The notes under the pieces: generated by a model
Seen by the model: only the letters and a program-made list of their open reading frames with translations
Database searches by the model: none
What the model was told of the DNA's origin: nothing
Translations under genes and position numbers: made by a program
Part shown: positions 37,970 to 53,200 of the stretch, in pieces
Numbering within the stretch: position 1 is the stretch's first letter
How the letters are laid out: each line of letters starts with the position of its first letter
Assembly (NCBI RefSeq): GCF_000181795.1
Contig: NW_003526943.1
Location: 2,737,666-2,801,665, forward strand
Source: Trichinella spiralis
Taxonomy: Eukaryota
Direction: 5' to 3'
DNA length: 64,000 nucleotides

Positions 37970-40900
37970 TGATGCAATGAAAACTTAAATCATAACATAA
38001 ATAACAGAAAATACTGTATTAACAAAAACATTTTACAAAAGTTTAAAACTGAAGAAGGTTAATTTCAAAAGTCATGTGCTAACATTCAAACGTGCTGCAA
38101 AGCTTGAAGTTCTCGTTTAGTGAATTTGTACGCTACATACACACATATAATATAAAAATAAAAAATTATACATAAAAATATGTAGAATAATACACATAAG
38201 TACCTATTTAGGACATTAAAATGATATAAAATTCAAGTTCAACTTTACAAAAGTTAATACAGTATCTTTTATAGATTTTCAAGTACTATATTTGTATAAT
38301 TTTCGAATAAATAAAAATGAAAATTTAATTTCAAAACAATAATAAATTATCAGCATAAGTTTAATCTTTAAATGTTAACAAAAAATTAAATATATTTATT
38401 ATTTAAAAAACTGAAAATTCATTTGCAATAATATGTTAATGAAAAGATTCATTTTAATGAAGAAAAAAAAATTTACATTTAAAATTTATTGTTAAAATAG
38501 ATAATAATTTGAAATAGAAGGTAAATTTTTCAGTCCAAATAATGAATTGGTGAATGTGAAATTTAAAGAAAGTTGTGGATTCCGAATTCGGAGAAAAGTG
38601 AAGAGAAATGAAAATGCACCTTTTGAAGTTAGCTGAGTTTGTGTTTGGCGGGTGAACAGCCGCACGTTTGGACAGCTGACGCTTGTTTCAGCTAGTAGTT
38701 GTGGTTTTCGCGTGCGGATTTTTACTTTCTTGCTGACGTAAGAGCATGATCGAAGACGAGCCAAGCGCCGGCTGTCGTGAGTCGTAAAATTTCAGCCGGT
38801 CCATACTTCTCGCAGCTTCTTGCTCCTCAATTTGCATCATTTTTCCTTCGAAACAAACATTTTCACGTTTTCCAATCCTGCGCTGCTTGTCTATTGAATT
38901 CGGGCTCAGAAATTTCACAGCCACAGCGACACTTGTGAAATATTTTGGAAAACAGTTTCGTCAGTTGTGCCTTTGAACATTTGCACAACTTCAACCGATG
39001 AACACTTTTCCAAAAATCCTCCCTGCCAATGTTGTCATTATTTTGAAAACAAGGTAAAAATAGCAAACTTTTTTGAATTCTTTTCAGTATGCAAATTTTC
39101 CATTTCCAAACTTTTGTAATTGTTCAGTGCAATAAAAAGCGCACGTTTATTTTTGCTTTTTCTTCTGCTTACGTTTAAACAACTTTTATTAAATTGTTTG
39201 TCGGTTTTAATTTTCGGATTTGCAAGCGTTTTGCGTTCAAGTTCGTTTGCAATATTATTTTAAGATGAAATGTAATCGCTGCTGATTTTTCAGAAACTCT
39301 AGCACTAGTTGAAATTCAAAAGAAAAAATAATTTCAAATATACTATTATTTTATTGTTATGCATTCCAATTTTTGAAAGCATTTAGAAGCTGTAAAAAAA
39401 TAATTTCAAACGTTGTAAAATAATTTGTAAATAAATGAAAGAAAATAATCATTTGAAAAATAAATTTTATGTTTTATTCATATTTACAAAATTAAATTCA
39501 TTTAAAATTACAAAAAAAACATTTTACTTATGATTGTTCATCTGGCGTGTATTATTTTATGAGTGCACAAATAATAAATATAAATAATAATATTGGTGTG
39601 GCAATAGTATGCACCCACAACTTCATTTTTATTTTCATCATTACATATGTCATACATTGCGTAGTGAAACAATAAAATTGCGTTCATAAATGTTGCAATT
39701 AATAATATTTATTCTTTAGTTATTAATATTCATCATTATAATATAATAGTATTTTTTCAAAAATATTAAGTAACAAATTGATAAATTCAGAAGTTAGAGT
39801 TTTAGTTGGATAATGCAAAGAAATACAACTATTTTAAAATTGTTTCATGGATAGTAAAGATTTGCTTTAATTTTGACATGCCTTAAGATGTGAGATGCTT
39901 TGAAAAGTCTTACACTATAAACATTATTGAAATTATGATAAAAATCCAACTGTATTATTAGTATTCATTCCAGTAATGTTTCGGGTTATTCATGTTACAG
40001 ATTGTGTAGCCCAAAAAAAGAAATATCTCTTTGGTTTTTGTTTGATCGAACATCGATACTGATCAATCACCAATGCAATTCATTTGAATGCAATGGTCTG
40101 TGGGCAATTTTCCTTAAAATTTGACGTAATATCACAGGACTGATGCTCATTTTTCCATTGATCAACAGAATATATGGGCCTACAGCCAATTTCTCTTTAT
40201 TGACCATTTGAAGTTTTGGGTACCGCATTTACACTGATCAGAAAAAAACATCTATAGCATAGGCAAACTGAAAGTGCAGCAGTTAGCAGTTTCTGATCAT
40301 GTCAAAAAATTTTTTCAAATCAGACTTGCATATTTTTTTAAATATTGAATGTATTATTTTTAATTAATTTCATTTGGTCATTTTACTTTGATTGATTTTT
40401 TGGCAGAAAAGATTTTCTGTGAACAGCATGCATCCAGTTAATTTAAGCTTTTACACAATCATCTGCTTGAATCATGCTTTTAATGAAGGTAATATTTTTG
40501 CTTTTGAGATTTTCATTTTGTCAATTAACCAGTTTATTTGTATTCTGAAGTAGAAAGCAATTGCAGAGTAAACTAAAAATTAAACATACAAATACTTTTT
40601 AACTGTCAGTAAAAAGTAATGCCTAAATTCTGCTAAGCTGCAGAACAAACTTTTAGATTGAAAAATTATTGAAGCTAAAAATTGTCATAATTTCAAAATT
40701 CCAACTTTCTATGATTAAAACTGTAAATTATATTGTGAATTGTTAAATAAATTGTAGAAAATATGGGAAAATGTTTATAAAATTGAATTATCAAAGTATG
40801 ATTTGGTGATATAAAAGAACTTAAAAATCAATTTTGAACTATGCTCAATAATTTATAAAACCTTTAAAATGCTTCTTTTATTATTATAATTCAAGAATAT

Positions 40901-42125
40901 TATAAAATCTAGTTTAAAATCATGGCATTCAGTATTCTATAGTGTAAATGTTTTGAAAATTTTTATAATTATTGATGCAATTGTCATCATTGGATCTCGC
41001 CAATCAGAATAATTTAATGACAATACAAATAATACATGCTATACTAATATTTAAAACAGTAAAAAGTTGTTCAGTCATAATTTTCAAGTGTGGTAATTGA
41101 TTTCCTAGTATAATTTAAATATTTTTAGTGAAATTTATTTACCGAAACAGACAGCCATTATTATATGTGATCTGCTTAAAATGTTTTTCATGTTGTTCCG
41201 TTGAAGTGAAAATATTTAAATCAGCAGTTTCAATATTTGTACATTAAATAGTTTTAGAAACTTATGGGTTTTTTTTATTACGATCAATTTTTCATTTAAA
41301 CTATAGTCACTTCATTTTGGTGTTCATCAATTCCGCAACTTGACGTTTTATTATCCAACGCTTCTGGGTTTAATCACTATTGGCAGTAGTTATTTCTTAT
41401 GCAGTTAGCTCTTAGCAAAAGATGCGCATTCTGTGAAACTTCATTTAACAACTATATAGTTGAAAGCGTACATTTTCATCGATATTTCTGAAAAGTAAGA
41501 CGACAAAAGAAAAATAACAATAAATCTTATTCGACTGCTAAAAAAATATAATTTTCAAAAAAATGTTTGCATTAAAATTGCTTTTTTCAATAGCTTGAAA
41601 TTGTATAAATGTTGATTTTCCTTTTCCACATTATGAAATGGTAAAGTGGCAATTGCATTTTTAATAATTTTATTGCATATAGGATTAGTTTTAAAGAAAA
41701 TATAACAGACGCTGAAATTTAATCTTTCCATTGCTATTCATCAATGGAGTAATAAATTAATATAGTGTATAAGTTTGAAAAATGTATCGTTTTTCTCGAA
41801 AGTTATCTTTGGAATGGAGAGTGCATATATTTTACTAATTTCTATATATTAATATGTATTTTAGCATTAATAGTAAAATCTGCTATTTCCATGTAGTTAT
41901 AGTTGTGAATATTTCACTATTCGTTGTATAATGCGAATACAAATTGTAATAAAATGTAAAGTGAATTTTATTAAAATTTCATAATCATATATAACAATAA
42001 CCGTGTGAAGTGAAGATTAACTTAAGATATGTTAGAATGTGCTAAATTATTGAAAAGATGGGTTGATTTTTTCTTTTTTTTTGAAAATTTCAAAATATGA
42101 TGAGGTCGATGAATCATTAACAAGT

Positions 42126-42133
42126 ACACACAC

Positions 42134-42194
<61 letters not shown>
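42126..42194. repeat. Compound (AC)n-(TA)n microsatellite
   Basis: Short AC run followed by about 28 perfect TA units. Confidence 0.95.
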
Positions 42195-42199
<5 letters not shown>

Positions 42200-44239
42200 C
42201 CGGCATTAGAGAATTGGTTTTCATTCTAGTCGCATCTTCCCGCGGTTGCGTCTTTTATTTTTAGTCCGCCTACGTAAGCAAAGATATTTCTGGATGCCAG
42301 AAAGCACCTGATGTTGGCAAGCTCTGATTGATTCGTAGCAAAGAGACGCGTCTGTCAGCTATGATGACGTCTTTTAATGTGTTTCAGAACGATCAAGCAA
42401 AATCGAGTGCGACCAGTTGAGGAAGCAAATAACGACCTATTAGATTGATGCGATAAACAGAAGGACCAGAAATCTTTGAAAAATGTTTATTAATGTTGTT
42501 TTTGTGCAAGCGCTTTAACCATAAAATTTATTACTTACTAAAACTAAGCTGCCCTTTTCTTTTGCACAAACTGCTTTCCGCACACTATTGGGAAGCGTTG
42601 TTTCTATGCCATGTTTTATTGTTTCCGTTTTTGTTACACGCTAAAAGATAAGTAGTTGAGGAAAAAAAGTTACTACTATTCATTCAGATTATTTTATTAC
42701 GTAGTATTGAAGTTTTGCTTTATTTTTTTCATTTTTTGTTTATTTTATTATATTTACTGGGGGTTTTAAAGATTTCTTAACTGAAAATTTTTTACATATA
42801 ATCTTCAACTGCATTGTCTTATTGTTCTATATATTATTTTAAGGTATGTGAGTTTAAAGCACAACCATATATAATATAATTTAAAATTATTATTCACTAG
42901 AATACTGGGATGTTTATTTGTTTTTTTTTTGATTATCATGCACTTTTGTATTTTCATCTGTTGCATATGCAGTAGTGTTTTTTTTTCTTCTTTTGTGCAG
43001 ATTGAGTTGTAAATATTACTACCTGTTGTTTGTCAGCGTTTCAGTTGTACCAGCAATTGTGCAGTGCGTAAGAGGGATTACAACTGAATTATGTCATTTA
43101 CTCGCTTATTATTAAACGGTTATAGGTTTAATCCATTTCCGTAAACTCGTAATTCGACCAAATCTGCTTTCAGCTGCAGCTTTTGTTGTTTCTGGCATGT
43201 TGAACGTAAAAATATTCTACTAAATTTAAATAACGAATTATCAACATAGATAACAACAATAAAAGCAGATTCCATTGTTTTGTTAAGTAATCGCAGTTTG
43301 TTGTTTTTTTCTAATTGTTTCATTTACGCGACGTATTAGCGTTGGAAAAGCAGCTATGTTTGTTTACAAGCATGCAAAAATGTAATTTGCCCAGAGTGTT
43401 TAGCATTAATTAATAATAATGAATTCATTTGTTGACTGAATTGATGATTCAGTTTTTAAAATTCAGAAAAAATAAGTTGATTTCACTTTTATCAGTCAGT
43501 GTGCAATGCAACGTTGCAACAATCACCAACGTGACGCAAACGAGAATATATGTAAATTATATTCAAAGCATGCAACTGCCTGAACGTCATTTGCTTCATT
43601 TTCAAAACTGTAAAACTATTGATTATTGGTGAAAGAAGTAAAAAAAATTTCTTTTTTATTTACATTTCTATTTTTACTCCCTCATACAGTTATACAGTTT
43701 GAAAAATTTTCCCTCCTGCACAATATGCTCACAATGAATGTGTATCATGAAAAAAATGAAAAATTTTTGAATCAGTGCAATAAAATAGAATGAATAAGAA
43801 AAATCACTTGTTTGTTGAATTATTCATTAAACTTTGAACACAGGTAAAAGTTATTCAAGTGGTGTTTTTGTAATTACACTTTAAAAAACGGTGAAGTGTA
43901 AGCATGAAGAAGAAACTGTAGGAAAATTTTGTTAAATGCATGATATTTGCACATGCCAATGTTTGTCATTGACCTTTTACACGAGCCAGTTGAAATCCGC
44001 AGTTAAGTTTCTGTGTGATATGTGTTGTGCAAATGGTGAAGTGATCGATTGGTTCCAAAGGGACATTGATAATTTATCGATATTTCTGATATTGTTTTTT
44101 TTCAAAAAACGATATATTTTAAATTTAATCCAACCCTAGTTCAATTCAACTGAATCGAATATTGAATAATTGAATATTTTCTTTTTAGGAATCCATGCTT
44201 TGCAGGTAGACATCTGGTAGTGATATTGAGTTGGCTTGT

Positions 44240-47200
44240 ATGATGACAGAAAATTTGAATAGTTGTACATTGAATAATGAAGAAGAGCAGTTGTTGAATG
44301 TTGAAAAGAAAGAGAAATGGGAAAATTCATCAACGGAATACTGTGAAGAAGAGCATGATAATAATGATAAAGCTGTTGGACGTTTAAATCTGGCATCTTG
44401 GAAACGGACGAACGATGACAGTGTTGGAGATGCTGGCAAGAAACAGGAGGAAGAGGAGGAGGAGGTCGAGGAGGATGCTGCTGATGCTGCTGCTGCTGTT
44501 GATGCGACAAAGATCGACGACAGCTTAAACGGCAGCCTGAAATTAGCTACATGGAAGCGTGATTTGGCAAGCCGGTCGAACGGTGGGTTGGTATCTTCAC
44601 GAACAGTGCCGTGGTGTTTGCGTCGAGGTTCAGTTAAAACCGGAGTAGTGTCCCAGATTGTGGAAGCACTGCGTGAAAACAGAAAACTGGACGAAAATTG
44701 CTGCTGCTCATCGTCGTCGTCGTCGTCAGCTCAGCTTGGCTGCTGCTATGCGACAACTTCTGCAAAAGACAGCAAATATTATTACTACGCCAATCGACGA
44801 TTCAATAATTCCACCCCTGCTGCTACTGTGGCCGCTTCGGATTCATGCTTGGTCCGGACGTTGATTTCCCTGTACGAAAGGGGTACTGTAGATCGTGTCG
44901 GACCATTGAAACTTTACCATGCCCAGATGTACAAAAGAGAGTTGAATCGAATCACGTCCCACAACTTGGGTCAAGTTTTGCGCAAAGCTAAACGCTTCGA
45001 CCAACTTTTAAGCGGTCCAAGACGTCATTCATTAGATTCAAATCAGTTTTTTGATTCTCTTGTTGACAATAACTATCAGAATCCAGCAACGACAACAACA
45101 ACAACAACAGATGGGAAAGGATTAATAATTGATAATCAAGGTCAAATCCGATGTCGAGCAATGTCTACCTTTTTGGATGAATCTTTCCCAACCAATCGTC
45201 CGGATGTTCTGACCTGTCGACTGCGACGTCAACAATCATTTATACGTGCTGTAACAGGAAATAAGCTATTAACATCAGGTGAGCTAATTTATTTTATATA
45301 TTTTTTTCATTACATCAAAAATGGACTAGTTATTCAACGGCATTCTTATTGTATTTATAATTAAATGAATCAACCATGCTAGAAGTAGTCATTCTTTTCT
45401 TGCATCTTCATATCCAGTCAGATATTCAATACACACGTGTGCGCATTTATACGTATGGTATATTTGTCTCTGATTTTATTATTATCTCTTTATAACTAAA
45501 TTATTACTGTTTAACAGTTTGCTCCAGATTTTGGAAGAAAAGTCAAAATATCATTGACAGGTTTATCTATTAAGGTAAACTAGCTTGCAGAAACAAGAAA
45601 AGAAAATTTTTCGCATGCATACACACATACATCTGTGTGCGCATGCATGATATAATGCAATTACAAATAATTAGCGTTCTTACGAAATAGCGTAAATCTT
45701 AGCCTAGCAATTTTTTAAATATAAATAAATATATACAATGACATTAACAATTTTATTTGATCATCAAAGAGACACTTTTCTTCTTTTATAGCATAAAATT
45801 GTAATGCTGAATAAGGACGTCAGTCTCTTTTTCTTTCTATAGCAAAATTTGTTAAATTACATACATTTGAAAATAGTCATAATTATTTGTTGCGCAACTT
45901 GAAAATTGAATACTAATTTTCAATAAATTAGAAGATTTTTCATTTTTATTTTATTACAGATTTTTTTCTTTATTGAACATTTTACAACTTTGATAATCAG
46001 TGATAAAATGTATACAAAAATGATATTCAATTCAAATTATATTGTTAAGTGTATTTTATCGATGTTTCAAATACATTATTTTAAAATGAAATTATTATAC
46101 TGTTGTTATGTTAGATAAATAAATAAAATTGACATTCGACAATGATGCTATTAAATATTTTCATTTCAAATTATATATTTGTTTAAACTGCATCGTAAAT
46201 CTCTGAAAAATTAACGTGAATTATATTCAAATTATAACGTATAAAATAGAATATGTAATATAATTATATGGTAAAATTTTTATTGCTTTCTTTTTGACAA
46301 AAGTTTACTAAAAAGCATTTGGCAATGTTAAAATTGGTAATGTATACTTACATTTCTATTTGCACTTTGATGAAATTCTTTATCTGCATAAAAACCAGTC
46401 AGAAGGCTGTAAATCAGGTTAATGCTGATAAGCTCGCCAATATCTGAATTAATTAATTAATTAATTAATGCTATTTTTGATGACAAACGAAATTTTTCTT
46501 TTTTTATTTTATGCATTATATAAAATGTTCCAAACATTGTGTGAAACATTTCAACATTGTCAAAAGCAATATCATTCTTTGCTGGTTGCTATTAGTTTCA
46601 ACATTGTTATCACAAAAGATGCGGATATGCTTTCAAAAAGAAAATTATTATTATTATAAAAATTTCAACATTTTCAACAGCAAATTAGCAAACTTATTAT
46701 TAATGCAAAGCTAGTTCTATATGTTTACAAAAGTAACCGTTATGAGGTGCCTGAAAATTGACTTGACTTTCAAGTTGCAATTATTAGAGTTTCACAAAAA
46801 TGAATGTCAAGTTTTGCAAATAAAATAATTTATTAATCATAAAAGTAAAATCTATTTTCAAAGATCAGTCTGCAAAACGGACAATTGCAGCAGTATATTT
46901 CATTTTTATTGTGTGTTATTATGATAAGTGTCAATGGTGAAAATTATTATTCAATTTGAAACAATTTTTCTTATGAAAAATCGGTATTCGGGTTATATTT
47001 TGTCAATTGCTTGTCGTTGAAGCGACAGTTTGAAAAATTGTCTCAGCGTTCGCTTAATCATACGTCTGAGCTTCAAAATCAAACGATGACAGTGATTGTA
47101 GTTCTAATTTTGCTAGCAGTGGTTAGTTGCATGCAGCTTCTGCTTCTTTTTCAACTTTTCAAAAAACATCACTGTTTTTCCAAATGAACTCTACAATAAT

Positions 47201-50200
47201 GCATGCATAAATATGCATATGCATATAATTGGATGATGTGTTACACAGACATACGCTTGACAAGTTCAAATGTCCGTAAAATGCGTAACACATTTCCGTG
47301 TCATTGCAACACTTCTGATGGTCATCACAATGGCGGAAAACACAACATGACCGGTGTTGGAGAAGCTTTATTCCCAGTTTCCACAGACACTTCCAAAAAC
47401 GTTATCATTGAGAATGTTTGCCAGCAATCATCAATGCTTATTTTAATTCCTTGTTCACTTCACACCATTCATACTATTCACGCATTTTTGTGCAGTTTAT
47501 TGTCCAAATGACAATTTTCAAAGAAGACCAGGGTCACATTTTTTTCCTCTCACCACTCTGTTAAAACCGTGCTCTAAATAAAATTTTACATTCTCTCAAC
47601 ATGCATAAAATCTAAAAAAAACCAAGCCAACTTTACTCTTTTCTCTTATTTCACACTGGCAAGTTTGCACTTAGAATTGGAAATTGTTTCACTGTAATAT
47701 TCAACCTTGTTCCTTTCCTCACAAATTGTAAATGCAATTTCAATGAATTACTTAACATAACTTTGAGATGATATGCTAATTTAATAATAATAATCCAAGT
47801 TTAGTTTATAAATTGCTCTTTTTCGCAGATTTCTTCTTCATCTTTTTGTTATATACATATATATATATATATATATAACAAAAAACTTCGCCTCATTCTC
47901 ATTCTTGTCATCTACGGCTGCATGTTTTCATCGTTGATCATGATTGTCTGTTTTACTGTATATGGCATTGTTCATTTTGAAACTGCATTTTAAACTGTTC
48001 GTTTGTGCAGGGTGCCACTATTGCAGGTCAGCTGTTTTGCAAATTTTTTTAGATTATTATTTTTCGTAAGCAGTTGAAATGAGAATGGCTAATTATAAGC
48101 AATTGCCGGCCAAAAGAGCAGAACTTCTTGTTGACAGCCTTTTTTAGAGCAGTAAGTTCATTGAGTTTTTTAGGTCATTAAAAGTTTGAAATTTTCAACC
48201 CAGCTATTGCGTCAGCAGCACACTTCCTTAACTATATAAAATGAACATATGCTATTGTTGAATGATGTGTTTTTTTCTGAATGTAATGGCCTTTTTAGCG
48301 ACCAGTTTTATTGTCAATTTGACAAATAATTACAGTATCCGTGTTCAAAAGGCTAAGATGATTATAATTTAGTTTATTGAAGGACACTTTTGTGAATTTA
48401 AATGTGCTTGCACAGAGATTGATCAGTTGACATACGGAAGTGCACCAAAAAAGGACAAATGTGATGATTGTTTATTGTTTAAGAATATGCTTAGCAAATT
48501 ATGCTTGTGTATGCTTTTGACCTTCGGGAAATGAATTTTCTTTTTCTGACCTTGCAGCATAATTTTGGCGTTTTTTTGGGAATGTATATATATATTTTTT
48601 TCTTAAATGAAGAATTGATGACATGACAGTTCACCTTCTGATTGATAATAATTACACGAGATGTTTCGGTTGTTGTTGATAAGCACTGCTGCACTGATCG
48701 TTGGTTGTTCAATTGTAAGAATGCCAAAGGTTACGGCTGTCAATTGTATTGGTTGTTAATTTTTTATGTTGCAAATTAAAAAGCGAAAGAAACAATTGTT
48801 GTATGCCTTTTTTTTACTTTTTCAACCTTTGTACACTTGAATGAAAATTTGCAGTTTGCTCGATTATATGCACATATTTGTTGTTTTGGAATGTTTTGCA
48901 AATTTTATTTTGTAAAGATTTTTATAAAATGTGAAAACGAATTTTTAAAGAAATACACTTTTTTGAAATCATTCACCGATAATTATTTTTGTTTTAAAAT
49001 ATAAATAAATGAATTGTTTATTAGCTTGATATTCATACATTGTTTTGATGATTGGTTTCGTTTGCAGTTTATAAATTTAAAAATAAAAACAAAGATAAGT
49101 TCAGCTCATTTATTAAAAATAGTTATGAAATTATTTTTAAATCAAAAGAATCTATATATATAGTCGTATTGTTTTTGAAATAAGTACCACATTGCAACGT
49201 GCTGCCAATTGCATAAACTGTTGGCCAGTGTTGTCGTCGATTATTAACTGCTGAGTTATCTAACTTATTTTTTGCTCTGTAATGTAACACACTTACAGTG
49301 CACGTCGCGACAGGTCAACAACTATCGCGATTGTTGTCAACTCTGTATACAGTAATGAAATGCAAGTACTATACAAAAAAAAACAGTGCTGCACATTAAA
49401 TTCAAACCAAACTAAGCTGTAGTTAACTGAATTTTTTTGAAATATTTTTTTTTCTTCATATAATGTTGAATAACTGAAAGAATATTTTTTCAAAGAATAG
49501 CAAGAAAAAATAGAAAACGTTACAGCAATTGAAGTGAAAGTGATTTGAATTTTAGCGCCCTACTGCGTGCTTAATGTGATAAAGCTAGCAGCGCAATTTT
49601 TGAAATGTGCGCGTGTTGTTGTTTAATTTTTTTTATTTTACGTTTCAAATTACGTCACTGCAAAATGTAAAAAATGGACGAACGTAGTGCTTTTGAAAAG
49701 TTTTAGCTCAATTAAAGATGAAATATTTTCCACTTTTCGAATGCTGTGCGTCTGAAGTGTTGTGTAAAATGATAATATTTCTTCAAAAAGACTATAAAGT
49801 ACGCAGTTTGAAAATGATGTTTTTTGTCGGAATCGTCTATTGCACGATAAAAATTTATTTATTATTTTTTTGTTGAATAATTTCTGACATGGCAAATGTG
49901 TTGGATGAATTTGGATTTTTTTTATTTTCTTTTTTGAAAAATTGCGTCACTTTTTGAAATGTATTTTTTCCAAAGTGTCATGCTACAGTAACTTTTTCGA
50001 AAGCAAATGTTTGTCAGTTTGAAAAGTGATAGTTGTTTTTCTTTATATTCTAATTTTTTTTAATTTTCTCTCTTTCTTTTCACAACTTTGTCGCTTCCGT
50101 TTCAGTCATGCTTGACGTGATCATGTCTATGCTGCACAGATGACGTCAAGTGACGCTTTATTCACAATTCTGCCGTTGATTCAGCCACCACCACCACCAC

Positions 50201-53200
50201 CCCACCACTGGCAAGCAGGCAACGTTGTGTTTTACCGCTTTTGCTCTGCTTCACGTTTACTTAACATCATGCATACACATGTGTAATAATATCTATATGT
50301 ATACACTGATTGTGATGTGCTTGTAGAAAAATTGACTAGCTGATCATCATGAAAGATAAAATCTTAGTACAATTTTATCACACAGGCTATGTTGTTGTTG
50401 TTTTTTTAATGACATATTAATAATAATGCTGCACAAATTGGTGAACTGACTAAAATATTGATGCTGCTCACGGTAATTGTTGACTTTCATGTTGTACTTT
50501 TTTTTTAAATAACGAGATTAATAATTGATTTCAACATTTGAAATTTCTCTTTGATTTGATAATAATATTACATTACGATTGCATGATTGATATATTCTTT
50601 TGATATATTCTTCTTCTCTTTCTTTTATTTTTGACAATGACATACATATTAAATAAATTTGAAATTATTTCAATTTTTAATGATAAATTGTAAAAAATTA
50701 ATCACATAATTTGTTTTTTCTTATGTTACTTTCAAACGATTCATATTTAACAACTGATATTAGACATTCTTTTTCACTTTTTGTAATAAAGCTTGAAATT
50801 GATTTAAAAACTGAAAAGTAATGTTAATGCGTGTTTTACTTTTATACAGCGATTGAAATTGTTTTTTTTAATAAATAATGTGCCATGTGTTATTTTATTT
50901 TTAAAATTATTGATTAATTGGACAACGGATTTTATGAATGAATGAAAGAAAAGATTTTTCTTCTGATTGTATGAAACGTTAGTTTCTTTTTTCTTCTCTC
51001 ACCACTGCATTGTAATAATAGTAATGATTGTTGTTGTTGTTGTTTCGCTTTTTTTAATGAGACGGTTGGTATTAGTTTAATTAAGATGCTGTGGGCAACA
51101 ATGGAAGTCGTTAAGGTTGTTTTGTTTTGAATATTTTGAGCTTCAGATGTTGGGGATTTTGATCTTTTTCATCGCATGATCACGAACAGCAGAGATCTCT
51201 TGTCCTTAGCATCTGCGGGATTAGCGGGATGAAAACGCTACGGACATGTGTTTCAATATTTTACCAACGGCTGCTTTTTGTTTGCGTTAATAATTAATAA
51301 AACTACAACCGTATAACGACCCGACTAGTGAATATTGTTTGTTCATTTTTCTTTTCCAGATCTTAAAAAATTTTCAATTATTACCCAAGTGAGCTTTTTG
51401 AAAATTTGGTGCATTGGTGGGAAAATGACAGCTGTCTCTCCACACCCATTCCCGAGTGTTGCGGTGTGGCAAATATGCAATTTGTTTACAGAAAGCGGGA
51501 GCTAGTGATTTGGCGTCAAATTTATCTGGCCGTGTCGATGCGTAAACAACCAATATGAATGCCGTTTGAATGTGAGAGAAATAAGAGGAGTATATAGGGG
51601 CAGTGAGTGAGTGAGTGAGTGAATAAGTGAAGCTGAGAGGCAGAGTTGAAACCAGTGGACAAAGCGGCTACTGAGGGACAGAGATGAATAATACATACAT
51701 GGCAATTTGTTGTAGTTGTCCAATTTGTTTGTTAGTTTATTGAAATGATCTCTCTGCTTACTGTACTTGAGCAGATGCTTCTCATTTGGGGGTCAATTTT
51801 GAATTGATCACTCCGGTGCTACTGATTTACTGGTCGATTGGTATTGTTTTTGTGGACAGTGGTCTCGCAGGTTGTATGCCACGGTGGCGAGCATGGCACG
51901 CGAAATGACCTCTGTAATCGTTCCAATTGCATCGATCCAATTGACATGCTTGCTTGCTTGCTTGCTTTACCGGCTTGTATTGGGCCGGATGACCGTTGGC
52001 TGGACAGTTATCGATTGTTGAATATGTCGATTCACAAGCTTTTATATTGTTGCTATTGCTTGCGTTTTGCTAACGTGTACGCGCCTCACTTGTGTGTATG
52101 TGTGTGTGTAGGGGGGAGGTGATGCTTTTTCAGCTAGCGTCGGTTTTTAATGTTAAATTGATTATACAATACAAGCTTTGCGTGGTTTTTTTTGTTTTAT
52201 TTTCCAACAAAATTGATTCTTATTAACGTTGTTGTCACATTTTAATAATACAATTGTAATTGTGTTTATTATTTTTAGATATTGATACAATAAATGAATA
52301 TACTGATCAGAGCGGTTCATCGGTGAACGGAGATTATCCGGCGGACGGCAAAAATAACAAGCAAAGTACAAATAGATCAATGCCGAATGGCAACATTTTA
52401 TCATCACAAGCAATTCAAAACGGGCGTCGTCATTCCACTTTGAAACTAATGGATGCTCTTGGCAAAGTCGAAGTGATGGAAAAATCTCTCCTTGCCAACG
52501 GTAACGCCGCCATTCCATGCTCTTCACAAACAACGTAAGTGCAAAAAAAAATTTATTATTTCTTTCAATTGAATTTTATTCATATTCTTCAATACACTGC
52601 ATTTTTGCAACTTATCATCACTGTATTGTTGATGAAAAAATTACATGCAATCAGTGTTAAAATAGCATTTTTTAAGCATTAATTTTTAAATTAAGATGAA
52701 AAAACAGAAAATTAAACTCCTTTTTAATTTTAATTTTGTCCAATCATCACTTTATCTTGCATAAAAATACAACTAATGCAATAATGTATAATGTTTACAT
52801 GTGGTGAAATTTATTGGATAAATTGAAAAAATGATCCTGCTTGCTTGTTATACATGCTCATTTAGTAGTTGTTTTCTTGAACGATTTGGAATCAATTCAC
52901 TTCAAATTTCTCCAAGTCGTCATCACTGTACACGCTTGTATGTCAAGTACTTTTCAAGTAGGCATGCTTTGATTTTAAAGTGATCAGTTAGTTGAGATGA
53001 ATTGAAGATGATAAGTGTTTATTTTTAGAATTATTAAGTCTGATTAAGTGGCGCTGATGTATATTTTCAACTTGCCATTGCCACAAACGGTTAATTAATT
53101 ATTTCTGTGAAAGCAGAAATTTTTTTCCCTAATTAGCACATTAACAGATGATTTGTGCTTCATCAGTCGTTCAGTGAATAAAAATGCATTTGTGTAAATG

